DNA from: Betaproteobacteria bacterium
GTDB lineage: Bacteria; Pseudomonadota; Gammaproteobacteria; Burkholderiales; Burkholderiaceae_C
Length of the DNA: 64,000 bases
NCBI GenBank assembly: GCA_043739385.1
Contig: JAYUED010000008.1
Coordinates: forward strand, 893-64,892
Direction of reading: 5' to 3'
Both the position numbers and the translations under genes were made by a program. The first letter of the stretch is position 1, and every line of letters starts with the position of its first letter. Below the pieces are notes generated by a model, which was not told the DNA's origin, did no database searches, and saw nothing but the letters and a program-made list of their open reading frames with translations. Of this stretch, positions 10,353 to 19,971 are shown in pieces.

Positions 10353-12334
10353 CCTCTGAGCAGCTTTTGCTCAGCCAGCGCCAGGGCTTCGGGCTTGCCG
10401 GACAACACCAGCGTATCGCCATCACGCAAAATAGTGTGTTCGTCCGGTGCCAGGGTATTGCCACCTTGGCGACGCAGGCTGACTGTGCGAACGCCCAACG
10501 ACGGCAGCGCTACAGTCCCCAACGAATGTCCCAGTGATTTTGCACCTGCGGGCAGCGTGACGGAATTCAGCCTCTCGTGCTCGAATTCGCTGGCCGTGTC
10601 GTCGTCGCGGCCGTGGAAGTAGCCTCTTAACAGGTTATAGCGTGCATCGCGCTGGTCTTGCACCACACGGATCACGCGCCGCATCGGCACACCCACTAAC
10701 GCTAGCGCATGGCTGGCCAGCATCAGGGAGCCTTCAATGGCTTCGGGTACCACCTCGGTCGCGCCAGCGGCTTGCAGTTGCTCTAGGTTCAGGTCGTCTT
10801 GCGTGCGCACAATTACCGGCACCAAAGGTGCATGTGAGCGGATATTTGCCAGCACTTTTAATGCACCCGGAACACCGAGGTGGGTAACTACTACCGCACT
10901 AGCCCTTGACAGGCCAGCAGCCATAATGGCTTGCAATCGGGATGCATCGCCATACACGACGGAATCGCCTGCAGCAGCGGCTTGCTGGACGCGGTCAGGA
11001 TCCAAGTCCAGCGCTATATAGGGTATGTTCTCGCGCTCAAGGATTCGCGCCAGGTTTTGTCCACAGCGGCCATAGCCGCAAATAATCACATGGTGGTTGG
11101 TGTTGATGGATTTGCGCGCAATGTTAGTCATTTGCAGCGACTGTTGCAGCCACTCGCTGGCCACCAGCTTCATCACAATACGGTTGCTGTACATGACGAT
11201 GAAGGGCGTAGCCAGCATCGACAAGACCATGCTGGCCAAAATGGGGTTGAGTAAATGAGGCGGCACCAATGACGAGCTTTGTGCCAACGTTAGCAGCACA
11301 AAACCAAATTCACCTGCTTGCGCCAAATACAGGCCGGTACGCAGCGAGACCCCAGTGGGGGCTCCAAAGCTGCGCGCCAGTGCCGTCACCATGCCCAGTT
11401 TGAACAGCACGGGCAGCGTTAGCAGCAGCAGTATCAGCGACCAGTGCTCCAGCACTATGCGCCAGTCCAATAGCATCCCTATGGTGATGAAAAACAAGCC
11501 TAAAAGCACGTCGTGGAATGGGCGGATGTCGGTTTCCACTTGATGTTTGAATTCAGTTTCTGAAATCAGCATCCCCGCGATGAACGCGCCCAACGCTAAG
11601 CTCAGGCCTGCCAACTCGGTCAGCCATGCAAGGCCGAGAGTGACCAGCAACAGGTTCAGCACGAACAGCTCTTCGCTTTTGCGCCTCACCACAATGGTGA
11701 GCCACCAGCGCATTACTTTTTGCCCACCTACAAGCAATACCGTAATCAGCACGGCGGCCTTTAGCGTGGCCAAGGCGAGCGACATCAGTAAATTTTCTGC
11801 CGACGCCCCCAGTGCTGGGATCAGTACCAGCAGTGGTACCACTGCCAAATCCTGGAAAAGCAGCACGCCCATCACGCGTTTGCCATGTTCGCTTTCCATC
11901 TCCAGGCGCTCTGCCATCAGTTTGACGATGATGGCCGTGCTGCTCATCGCAAGTGCTCCCGATAAAGCCACCACCGTTTGCCAACGCATTTGCCATGAGT
12001 GGGACAGCCAGGGAGACACCAGGAGTACCGCTGCCGTAGCCAGTCCCATCGTGAGCACCACCTGCAACAATCCCAGTCCAAATACATGCTTGCGCATCGC
12101 TCGCAACTTGGGTAGGTTGAACTCCAAACCGATTACGAACATCAGGAACACTACGCCAAACTCACCTAAATGCCGTATCCCCTCAGAGTTTTGTCCCAGT
12201 GCCAGCGCGTTTGGCCCAATCATCCCCCCCACAGCCAAATAGCCCAGCATCGGAGGTAGCAACAATTTGCGACACGCCACCACGCCCAGCACAGCGGCCA
12301 GCAGGTACATGAGCGTAAGTTCTAGGGAGGACAT
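10349..12334 (-). CDS. CPA2-family monovalent cation:proton antiporter (KefB/YbaL-like) with C-terminal TrkA-N/TrkA-C domains
   Basis: 661 aa. About 12 TM segments are followed by a Rossmann motif (HHVIICGYGRCGQNLA) and a RCK_C-like tail. Confidence 0.9.
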   Translation of the reverse strand: MSSLELTLMYLLAAVLGVVACRKLLLPPMLGYLAVGGMIGPNALALGQNSEGIRHLGEFGVVFLMFVIGLEFNLPKLRAMRKHVFGLGLLQVVLTMGLATAAVLLVSPWLSHSWQMRWQTVVALSGALAMSSTAIIVKLMAERLEMESEHGKRVMGVLLFQDLAVVPLLVLIPALGASAENLLMSLALATLKAAVLITVLLVGGQKVMRWWLTIVVRRKSEELFVLNLLLVTLGLAWLTELAGLSLALGAFIAGMLISETEFKHQVETDIRPFHDVLLGLFFITIGMLLDWRIVLEHWSLILLLLTLPVLFKLGMVTALARSFGAPTGVSLRTGLYLAQAGEFGFVLLTLAQSSSLVPPHLLNPILASMVLSMLATPFIVMYSNRIVMKLVASEWLQQSLQMTNIARKSINTNHHVIICGYGRCGQNLARILERENIPYIALDLDPDRVQQAAAAGDSVVYGDASRLQAIMAAGLSRASAVVVTHLGVPGALKVLANIRSHAPLVPVIVRTQDDLNLEQLQAAGATEVVPEAIEGSLMLASHALALVGVPMRRVIRVVQDQRDARYNLLRGYFHGRDDDTASEFEHERLNSVTLPAGAKSLGHSLGTVALPSLGVRTVSLRRQGGNTLAPDEHTILRDGDTLVLSGKPEALALAEQKLLRG

Positions 12335-12457
12335 AGGGTGTTAGGTTGACCCATTGATACTAGCAAGTTACAGGCGAGGTTTGCCTCGTTCAGGTCGCGC
12401 AATTCCTACCAACATACCCTTTACAGGGAGTTTCAAGAGCACCGATAAAATCTTGCT

Positions 12458-13471
12458 ATGACTGCACCTATTGCCTTGCCTGCCACGCTGGACGTGGCCC
12501 GCGCTGTTCGCCTAGCCCACGACACTTTTGACATCGAAGCCGCCGCCGTGTTGGGCCTGAAAGCCCGCGTGGCGAAAGACGGGGCGCAGTGCTTTGCACA
12601 AGCCCTGACGCTCATGTTGAACGTGCGCGGCCGTGTTGTTGTGATGGGTATGGGTAAAAGTGGTCATGTCAGCCGCAAGATTGCCGCCACGCTGGCCTCA
12701 ACAGGTACACCTGCAATGTTCGTCCATCCGGCGGAGGCTAGCCATGGCGATTTAGGCATGATTAAAAGTATCGACGTGGTATTGGCGGTGTCGAACAGCG
12801 GTGAAGTGGATGAGCTCACAGCCATCTTGCCCACGCTCAAGCGCCTGGGTGCGCCCATCATTGCCATGACAGGCCGTCTGCAGTCCACGCTGGCCCGCCA
12901 TGCTGATGTGGTGCTCGACAGCGGCGTTGAAAAAGAAGCCTGTCCGCTTAACCTCGCCCCTACAGCCAGCACTACTGCGCAAATCGCCCTGGGTGATGCG
13001 TTAGCTGTTGCCTTGCTCGATGCCCGGGGCTTCAAAGCCGAAGACTTTGCTCGCTCACACCCCGGTGGCCTGCTAGGCCGCAAACTGTTGACTCATGTGG
13101 CTGACGTGATGCGCACCGGCGATGCAATTCCCCGCGTGCTGCCGGACAGTGGCTTTAGTGAGTTGATGCGTGAGATGAGTAGCAAAGGCTTTGGCGCGTC
13201 AGCCGTAGTGGATGAACAAGGCCGGGTGCTGGGCATCTTCACCGATGGTGATTTACGCCGCTTAGTTGAAAAAGGCCTTGATCTGCGCCATACCATTGCC
13301 CGCGAAGTGATGCACGCCAGCCCGCGGACTCTGCGCTCTGATGCGCTGGCTGTGGACGCTGCGGACATGATGGAATTGCACCGTATAACCAGCGTATTGG
13401 TGGTGGATGCGGACGGCAGCCTATGCGGTGCCGTTAACACCAATGATTTGATGCGGGCTAAAGTCATATGA
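12458..13471 (+). CDS. kdsD: Arabinose-5-phosphate isomerase (KpsF/GutQ family: SIS + 2x CBS)
   Basis: GRVVVMGMGKSGHVSRKIAATLASTGTPAMFVHPAEASHGDLG, followed by kdsC and lptC. Confidence 0.93.
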   Translation: MTAPIALPATLDVARAVRLAHDTFDIEAAAVLGLKARVAKDGAQCFAQALTLMLNVRGRVVVMGMGKSGHVSRKIAATLASTGTPAMFVHPAEASHGDLGMIKSIDVVLAVSNSGEVDELTAILPTLKRLGAPIIAMTGRLQSTLARHADVVLDSGVEKEACPLNLAPTASTTAQIALGDALAVALLDARGFKAEDFARSHPGGLLGRKLLTHVADVMRTGDAIPRVLPDSGFSELMREMSSKGFGASAVVDEQGRVLGIFTDGDLRRLVEKGLDLRHTIAREVMHASPRTLRSDALAVDAADMMELHRITSVLVVDADGSLCGAVNTNDLMRAKVI

Positions 13472-14022
13472 GCGCCTTGAGTTTTCCTCCCGAATTGCTC
13501 CAGCGTGCCCAACCCGTCAAAGTTGTGTTTTTTGACGTTGACGGTGTGCTGACCGATGGGGCACTGTATTTTTCTGAAGTAGGCGAAAGCCTCAAACGCT
13601 TCAATAGCCTGGACGGCCACGGTCTCAAACTCTTGCAGCGGGCGGGCATTACCCCCGCTGTTATTACCGGGCGTGACTCTAAACCGCTGCGTTTGCGTCT
13701 GCAGGCGCTGGGTATCAACCACGTTCATTACGGAATCGAAGATAAGCGTCCCGCTGCCGAAGCTACTTTGAATGCATTAGGCCTGGACTGGTCACAGGCT
13801 GCCGCCATGGGCGACGATTGGCCAGATATGCCTGTTTTACTGCGTTGCGCTTTCGCTTGCGCTCCAGCGAACGCCCATGCTGAAGTCAAAGCCATTGCGC
13901 ATCACACCACCAGCCTGCGTGGTGGGGAAGGTGCAGCCCGCGAACTGTGTGATCTGCTGCTAATAGCCTCAGGTCATTACGGTGACTTCGTAGCCGAGTT
14001 GCTGGGCGATCTGCCCCGCTAA
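13468..14022 (+). CDS. kdsC: 3-deoxy-D-manno-octulosonate 8-phosphate phosphatase
   Basis: HAD motif FFDVDGVLTDG ... GDDWPD, with a 4-nt overlap onto kdsD. Confidence 0.9.
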   Translation: MSALSFPPELLQRAQPVKVVFFDVDGVLTDGALYFSEVGESLKRFNSLDGHGLKLLQRAGITPAVITGRDSKPLRLRLQALGINHVHYGIEDKRPAAEATLNALGLDWSQAAAMGDDWPDMPVLLRCAFACAPANAHAEVKAIAHHTTSLRGGEGAARELCDLLLIASGHYGDFVAELLGDLPR

Positions 14023-14037
14023 CCGCGATACGCTCCT

Positions 14038-14658
14038 ATGGCTGCAGCCCAACGTTTCTCCCGTACCTTTGACCGTTTGACGATTTACCTGCCCATCATC
14101 TTGATGGCGCTTTTGGCGTTAGGTACCTATTGGCTGCTGCACACCACGCCGAAGCCTGGTGAGCCCGAGCACGAAAAACCCGCTACACATAATGCAGATT
14201 ACTTTATGCGGCGGTTTTCGCTCAAAACATTTGACGCTCTAGGACAGCTTAAAACCGAATTGCAGGGCCAGGAAATTCGCCATTTTCCCGACACCGATAC
14301 GCTAGAGATTGAACAGGTCTACCTGCGCTCTTACGATGAGGATGGCCACCTCACCACTGCCACCAGTGAGCGTGGACTGTCCAACGGTGACGGCTCAGAG
14401 GTGCAATTGATGGGCAACGCCGTGGTGGTGCGCGCAGGTTGGGTTAACAGCATGGGCAAACTCCAGGCACCGCTGGAAATTCGCAGCGATTTTCTGCACG
14501 CCATTACTGAAACCGAGCGCGTGAAAACCCATTTACCTGTGGTCATTACACGTGGGCTTGATAAGTTCACTGCTGACAGCATGGACTATGACAATCTCAA
14601 TCGTCTAATGGATCTGAAGGGCCGCGTACATGGTGTTCTTACGCCCGTCAAGCCTTGA
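14038..14658 (+). CDS. lptC: LPS export system protein LptC
   Basis: Single N-terminal TM (IYLPIILMALLALGTYWLL), about 200 aa, in the position after kdsC. Confidence 0.75.
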   Translation: MAAAQRFSRTFDRLTIYLPIILMALLALGTYWLLHTTPKPGEPEHEKPATHNADYFMRRFSLKTFDALGQLKTELQGQEIRHFPDTDTLEIEQVYLRSYDEDGHLTTATSERGLSNGDGSEVQLMGNAVVVRAGWVNSMGKLQAPLEIRSDFLHAITETERVKTHLPVVITRGLDKFTADSMDYDNLNRLMDLKGRVHGVLTPVKP

Positions 14659-14717
14659 TGCAGATCTAATTCGCCTCTGTTACATCACATACCCGATACC
14701 GATATACCCATATATTC

Positions 14718-15506
14718 ATGTCCAAACTTGTTGTCATCACCGGTGCCTCGAGCGGATTGGGCCAAGCGTTGGCGCTGCGATTTTTCCAAGCAGGCTACCG
14801 GCTGGCGTTGGTTGCACGTCGGGTTTCAGAAATAGAAAGCTGGGCCATTGCAAACCAAATCGACGCTGCAAGCTATCAAATCTACAGTGCTGATGTATCC
14901 GACTCGAACGCCATGGTGGCTGTAGGCAACGACTGCCTCCAATCCCAAGGCGTACCCGATGTAGTGATTGCCAATGCGGGCATCAGTGTGGGCATTGACA
15001 CCAGCTGTCGCGCTGACATTGACGTGATGGCCCGTGTGTTTGCCACCAACAATATCGGCATGATGGCGACCTTTCACCCCTTTGTGGAGGCTATGGTCGC
15101 ACGCGCGGCAACAGGCACTGAGAGTACTTTGGTGGGTATTGGCAGCGTGGCTGGTATACGTGGATTGCCTGGCCATGGTGCTTACAGCGCGAGCAAGGCA
15201 GCTGCCATCACGTATTTGGAAAGTTTGCGCGGTGAAATGAGACCACTGGGTTTGCGGGTAGTGACGGTGTGCCCTGGCTATATCGATACGCCTCTGACAC
15301 AAAAAAACAGCTACACGATGCCATTTTTGATGCGATCAGACGACTTTGCTGAAAAAGCGTTCCAAGCCATTGTTAAGGGGGTCAGCTACTGCGTTATTCC
15401 GTGGCAAATGGGCGTAGTTGCTAAGCTGCTGCGTTTGCTGCCAAATGTGCTGTATGACAAGATACTTGCAGGCAGGCCTCGCAAGCACCGAGATGGGGGG
15501 CACTAA
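14718..15506 (+). CDS. Short-chain dehydrogenase/reductase (SDR)
   Basis: VVITGASSGLGQALA Rossmann motif and YSASKAA catalytic motif. Confidence 0.9.
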   Translation: MSKLVVITGASSGLGQALALRFFQAGYRLALVARRVSEIESWAIANQIDAASYQIYSADVSDSNAMVAVGNDCLQSQGVPDVVIANAGISVGIDTSCRADIDVMARVFATNNIGMMATFHPFVEAMVARAATGTESTLVGIGSVAGIRGLPGHGAYSASKAAAITYLESLRGEMRPLGLRVVTVCPGYIDTPLTQKNSYTMPFLMRSDDFAEKAFQAIVKGVSYCVIPWQMGVVAKLLRLLPNVLYDKILAGRPRKHRDGGH

Positions 15507-15577
15507 ACTAGGTAAACGCAGATGTGAGACTAGACTTTACCCGCCAACCTTGCGAAAGGCCGATGATTTACCAATGC

Positions 15578-15603
15578 AAAAAGGCTCCCGAGGGAGCCTT
15601 TTT
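15578..15603. terminator. Bidirectional rho-independent terminator
   Basis: aaaaaggctcc-cgag-ggagccttttt, between the convergent SDR and RRM protein genes. Confidence 0.75.
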
Positions 15604-15675
15604 GTGACCACACTGTAAGTATGATTACTTTTATCATTGGACTTTACAGCCCAAATGACGATCAGTAGCTAACGA

Positions 15676-16152
15676 TTAATAACCGCCGCCGCCGGAACGA
15701 CCACCGCCGCCACCGCCGTAACCACCACCGCCGCCGGAACGACCACCACCGCCGCCGCCGCCGCCAGCACCGCCGCCGCCGTACGGGCTACGGAAACCAC
15801 CACCGCCGCCGCCGCCTTCACGGCCACCGCCGCCAGCACCGCCGCCGAAACCACCACCGCCACCGCCACCGCCGCCGAAGCCGCCGGTACGTGGAGGACG
15901 TGCCTCCATCGGACGTGCTTCGTTAACGACAACGCTACGGCCACCCAAAGAAGCACCGTTCATGCCGCCAATGGCAGCTTGTGCTTCTGGATCGCTAGCC
16001 ATTTCGACAAAGCCGAAGCCCTTCGAACGACCGGTATCACGTTCCATCATTACTTTTGCGCTGGTGACTGCGCCAAATTGGCCAAAGGCCTGTTCCAAAT
16101 CGCTATCGCGAACCGAGTACGGCAAATTGCCGACGTACAGTTTGTTGCCCAT
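15676..16152 (-). CDS. RRM-type RNA-binding protein with a Gly-rich C-terminal tail
   Basis: RNP2 LYVGNL and RNP1 KGFGFVEM, then about 75 residues of GGGG/R/Y low complexity encoded by a (GGN)n tract at 15676-15900. Confidence 0.92.
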   Translation of the reverse strand: MGNKLYVGNLPYSVRDSDLEQAFGQFGAVTSAKVMMERDTGRSKGFGFVEMASDPEAQAAIGGMNGASLGGRSVVVNEARPMEARPPRTGGFGGGGGGGGGFGGGAGGGGREGGGGGGGFRSPYGGGGAGGGGGGGGRSGGGGGYGGGGGGRSGGGGY

Positions 16153-16347
16153 GAAGGGACTCCTATAAACACATGAGAAAAGCGATGGAGTCCCGAAAAC
16201 GCATTCAACTAACCTGAGAGACGCGAAACTGACCTTAACACCGCAAACTTTACCTGAGCGTTGAAACCCAGATTGACAGATTATGCTTCATTTTTTATAT
16301 GTTGGTGTAAAAATTCATAAGGAAGACGCAAAAACGTAAGCTAAGCC

Positions 16348-16539
16348 TTAATCTTCACGGTAGTTTCGCCATTCGCGCATGGCGTGTCGCATCGTCAAAA
16401 CCTGACGTTCGAAAAGCGGACAGGCTTTGCAGGCAAGCATATGGAATCGCAGTGCAAAGCGGTTGGATACGTTCAAGGCGGTGTCTTCCCTGGCAATCAG
16501 CAGAGCAGCGACTTCTTTGCAAGTTCGGCGAAATATCAT
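16348..16539 (-). CDS. Small soluble zinc-binding (ZAS, RsrA-like) anti-sigma factor
   Basis: 63 aa from the ATG at 16539, with an ATGA overlap onto the sigma factor stop. Contains C7-x25-H33-x3-C37-x2-C40 (HMLACKAC) and no TM segment. The track ORF starts earlier, at 16578. Confidence 0.75.
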   Translation of the reverse strand: MIFRRTCKEVAALLIAREDTALNVSNRFALRFHMLACKACPLFERQVLTMRHAMREWRNYRED

Positions 16540-17120
16540 GGCGCTATCCGGTTCCCAAACCAGTTGAGCTCCAGGCATTCACGTAAACGCAAACGAGCCC
16601 GGTGCAGTTGAACATACAGGTTTGTCGCGCTGAGGTTCATTTCCTTACAGATCTCTTCGGTTGACAGTTCCAGCCACTCGCGCATCAAAAACACCCTCCC
16701 CAAGCTAGCGGGCAGCGCGTCAGCGCAGGCTTCGAGTATTTTGAGAAACTGTTGCGAGCGTAAATCCTGCTCAGGGTTGCCCCAGTCCGACGGCTTATTG
16801 ATGAAATGTCCATCACTCTTGAACATCAATGCATCCAGTTCTTCTGAGCCATCGTCGCCGTCACTGGTGTCCATAGACACCTCACGCGAGCGAGAGCGTA
16901 GTTGGTCTATCACCTTGTGTTTAAGGATGCCGACAAGCCATGTTTTGAGTTGCGATTTGCTCTGAAACGCCTGCGGCTTACTTAGTGCCGCAAGTGTAGT
17001 TTCTGAAACGGCATCTTCAGCCCAGGAATCGTTTCGCAACTGCATGCGGGCAAAGCGCAGCAAGTAACCGCGATGGCTAGCGAGTTGCATTTCAAAGTCT
17101 GAAGCGGATGCGTTTGGCAT
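16536..17120 (-). CDS. ECF-family RNA polymerase sigma factor
   Basis: 194 aa with region 2 (ETTLAAL...TWLVGILKHKVIDQLR) and region 4 (VFLMREWLELSTEEICKEMNLSATNLYVQLHRARLRLRECL). Confidence 0.92.
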   Translation of the reverse strand: MPNASASDFEMQLASHRGYLLRFARMQLRNDSWAEDAVSETTLAALSKPQAFQSKSQLKTWLVGILKHKVIDQLRSRSREVSMDTSDGDDGSEELDALMFKSDGHFINKPSDWGNPEQDLRSQQFLKILEACADALPASLGRVFLMREWLELSTEEICKEMNLSATNLYVQLHRARLRLRECLELNWFGNRIAP

Positions 17121-17217
17121 GCGTCGGTGCGTCGTAGTTTTTAACCATCATCGCACAGCCAGATGTCAGGATAAACAGACGTAAAAACCTTTGAATTTCA
17201 AAACTTTTGCACACACG

Positions 17218-17257
17218 TGTAAGAAGTTGCTCGGTACACTGACCAATGCTCAACCAG
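17218..17257 (+). promoter_or_regulatory. Candidate ECF-type promoter upstream of the locus-1 precursor
   Basis: TGTAAGAAGTT is identical to 21851-21861. Both copies are followed 23 nt later by AACCAG, and both lie about 95-100 nt upstream of the precursor start codon. Confidence 0.45.
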
Positions 17258-17311
17258 TACCCTTGCTGGTGATGCTTATCTCTCAACCCATTCACCCTCT
17301 AGGAGTTTTTC

Positions 17312-17590
17312 ATGAACCAACGTGCCCTTATTGCTGCTGCTGCCGCTACTGTGTTGTCTTCCATGCTGGTTGCCTTACCCGCTGCAGCACAAGAGAAAGA
17401 AAAATGCTTCGGTATTGTCAAGTCGGGTCAAAACGACTGCGCTAATCTCTCTGGCTCCCATTCTTGCGCTGGCCAGTCCAAGATGGACATGGGTGTTGAT
17501 GAGTGGAAATATGTCGCTAAAGGTACTTGTGTCGGCATGAAAGGCATGACCGCTGACCAAGTCAAGATGAAGATGGACAAGAAAAGCTGA
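17312..17590 (+). CDS. bufA: DUF2282-type (BufA1-like) bufferin precursor peptide
   Basis: 92 aa with Sec signal [27 protein letters not shown], then [29 protein letters not shown]...KGTCVGMKG (4 Cys). An RBS (aggag) lies 7 nt upstream. Confidence 0.85.
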   Translation: MNQRALIAAAAATVLSSMLVALPAAAQEKEKCFGIVKSGQNDCANLSGSHSCAGQSKMDMGVDEWKYVAKGTCVGMKGMTADQVKMKMDKKS

Positions 17591-17653
17591 TCACAGTTTT
17601 ACTGCAAACTCAATGGTTGCTGAGCTCTTTTTCTCCAGCGTTAGCTTAGCCCC

Positions 17654-18589
17654 ATGAGTGCTTTTCCTGGCGCCACTCTTGTTCCTACCATCTCTTCTGT
17701 TGGTGCAGGTGTAGGTTGGCGCCATCCCCATTACGCGGCCTTGATGGACACACGTCCCGCGCTGGGTTTCATCGAAGTGCATTCTGAAAATTTCTTTGGC
17801 GCAGGCGGTGCTGCTTTGGCAGTACTACAAGAAGCCCGTGCCCATTACCCACTTAGCTTGCACGGTGTAGGTTTGGGTTTGGGCTCTGCCATCGGCATTG
17901 ACGACTGGCATCTTGGCCAGCTCGCTAAGCTGGTTGAACGCACTGAACCCTGGCTGGTAAGCGACCACGCCTGCTTCGCTAGAGGCCACTTGGCGCAAGG
18001 GCAGTCGACTCAGCCGATTCATGCTGCTGATTTACTCCCCATCCCTTTCACCAGCGAGGCGCTGGAAATACTTTGCACCAACGTGCAGCGGGTGCAAGAC
18101 CGCTTACAACGGCCCATTGCCGTCGAAAACCTCTCTGCGTACATCCGTTGGCAGGGTGATGAAATGTCTGAGCCGCAATTCCTTGCCGCGTTAGCCCAGC
18201 GTACCGGGTGCAAGCTGCTGATCGACGTGAATAATATTTACGTCAACGCGTTAAATGATGCACCCCCCGAAAACCAAGATTTAAAAATCAAAACAGCTAC
18301 AGCATTGCAGCATTGCAAACACTGGCTAAATGCAATACCACCCCAAGCCGTGGCCGAGCTGCATCTCGCCGGGCACACCGACTGTGGCGATATCGTCATT
18401 GACGACCATAGCCGCCGTGTGTGCGCCGAGGTCTGGTCGTTGTACAGCCACGCTGTCCAGTGCTTTGGCGCTGTTGCCACGTTAATCGAATGGGATACCG
18501 ACATCCCACCATTGCAAGTCTTACTGGATGAAGCTGCCCGTGCCAACCAATTTTCCAACATTGCTATAGCCATGTCGAGGCAGCTATGA
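17654..18589 (+). CDS. bufB: MNIO (DUF692) family enzyme, BufB-like
   Basis: 311 aa with [61 protein letters not shown] and [11 protein letters not shown]. Confidence 0.88.
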   Translation: MSAFPGATLVPTISSVGAGVGWRHPHYAALMDTRPALGFIEVHSENFFGAGGAALAVLQEARAHYPLSLHGVGLGLGSAIGIDDWHLGQLAKLVERTEPWLVSDHACFARGHLAQGQSTQPIHAADLLPIPFTSEALEILCTNVQRVQDRLQRPIAVENLSAYIRWQGDEMSEPQFLAALAQRTGCKLLIDVNNIYVNALNDAPPENQDLKIKTATALQHCKHWLNAIPPQAVAELHLAGHTDCGDIVIDDHSRRVCAEVWSLYSHAVQCFGAVATLIEWDTDIPPLQVLLDEAARANQFSNIAIAMSRQL

Positions 18590-19440
18590 CCCTGCGCCAT
18601 AGTGCCACCCCTACGCTCGCATCTAGCCAGCAAGCCTTGCTGAGCACCCTATTTGCCGCAGGCCGTGGCGCTACCACTGTTGATGCTGAATTTATAGCTA
18701 ACTATGCTTATGGGGATTGCACAAGAGGGCTAAACGCTTATAAAAGCAACGCCCATAGCCTCGCCGAGCGCAGTTTGGCGTCTGTGTATCCCGTGCTTGT
18801 CCAATTGTTGGGCGATGAGAGTTTTGCCGCTTTTGCCCGGGCTTTTTGGCATGCTTATCCGCCTCAGCGTGGCGATTTGGCCCACTGGGGAGGCGCGCTT
18901 GCTGACTTTACCGACGCCAGCTCGCAACTTGTCGATGTGCCCTACCTCGCCGATGTCGCCCGCGTGGAGTGGGCCTTGCACCAGGCCGCTACCGCCCCGG
19001 ACGCCGATGCCGACTTGGCAACTTTGCACCACTTGATGGAGCAAGACCCGGCGGTTCTGCATCTGCGCTTGGCTCCCGGCCTAAAAGTGGTAGCTAGCGG
19101 CTGGCCTGTAGTCAGCCTTGTGAACGCCCACATCGACTCAGCCGGCCAAACGCCCAACCTGACTCGGGCCAGTGAGCGTTTGCAAAACGGTACTGCTGAA
19201 ACGGCGCTGATCTGGCGACAAGGCTTCAAACCCCAAGTTCGGGAAGCCTTGACTGGTGAAGCCAGTTTTGTGATCGCACTACAAACTGGTCACCCGTTGG
19301 GCGAGGCCTTGAGCGTCGTTTGCTCCACCACTGACCCCGACACTTTCGACTTTGCCCTGTGGCTACCCCAAGCCGTGTCCACAGGCTTGCTACTGGCTGT
19401 GGACTGCTTGATTCCTGGCAGTTTCGGCTCCACCCTTTGA
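18586..19440 (+). CDS. bufC: DUF2063-family MNIO partner protein, BufC-like
   Basis: 284 aa, with a 4-nt ATGA overlap onto the DUF692 gene. Its C-terminal half aligns by eye to the C-terminal half of the 22256-24025 protein. Confidence 0.75.
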   Translation: MTLRHSATPTLASSQQALLSTLFAAGRGATTVDAEFIANYAYGDCTRGLNAYKSNAHSLAERSLASVYPVLVQLLGDESFAAFARAFWHAYPPQRGDLAHWGGALADFTDASSQLVDVPYLADVARVEWALHQAATAPDADADLATLHHLMEQDPAVLHLRLAPGLKVVASGWPVVSLVNAHIDSAGQTPNLTRASERLQNGTAETALIWRQGFKPQVREALTGEASFVIALQTGHPLGEALSVVCSTTDPDTFDFALWLPQAVSTGLLLAVDCLIPGSFGSTL

Positions 19441-19461
19441 TTTTTTCGGAGAACCTCCTTT

Positions 19462-19950
19462 ATGTACCGTATTTCACCTCCTAACGCCTTACAAAAAAAC
19501 CTGCAACGCGGCATCTCTCTCTGGAATCTGCTCAGCCGCGGCTTGGGCAGCCTGCAAGCACCCCTCAGCTTGGCAGCCCGGCTCTATGTTGCCCACGCAT
19601 TTTGGCTCTCAGGCCTTACAAAACTCCAGGACTGGGGTACCACGCTGGCGTTGTTTGCTAACGAGTACCACGTGCCTTTGCTGCCCACGCCCGTAGCCGC
19701 AGTGATGGGAACTACAGGCGAGTTGGTGTTGCCCGTGTTGCTGGTTTTGGGCTTTGGTGGTCGCTTTGCCGCCTTGGGCTTGTCCGTGGTGAACGTAATC
19801 GCCGTCATAAGCTTGATGGATATCGCGCCTGCTGCTCTGCAACAGCATGTGCTCTGGGGCACCTTGCTGGTTGCACTGGCCGTGTTCGGTCCCGGTGCAT
19901 GGTCGACAGAGCGCTGGGTTTGGCCTTGGGTGCAAGCCAAACTGCGCTAA
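19462..19950 (+). CDS. bufD: DoxX-family membrane protein, BufD-like
   Basis: 162 aa, 4 TM segments, with ARLYVAHAFWLSGLTKL. It is the last gene of the operon. Confidence 0.8.
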   Translation: MYRISPPNALQKNLQRGISLWNLLSRGLGSLQAPLSLAARLYVAHAFWLSGLTKLQDWGTTLALFANEYHVPLLPTPVAAVMGTTGELVLPVLLVLGFGGRFAALGLSVVNVIAVISLMDIAPAALQQHVLWGTLLVALAVFGPGAWSTERWVWPWVQAKLR

Positions 19951-19971
19951 AAATAAGGGACACTATGGCGC

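Noticed and set aside
15669-15956. A 95-aa Ala/Val-rich ORF.
   Set aside because: It is an alternate reading frame of the (GGN)n tract that encodes the Gly-rich tail of the RRM protein.
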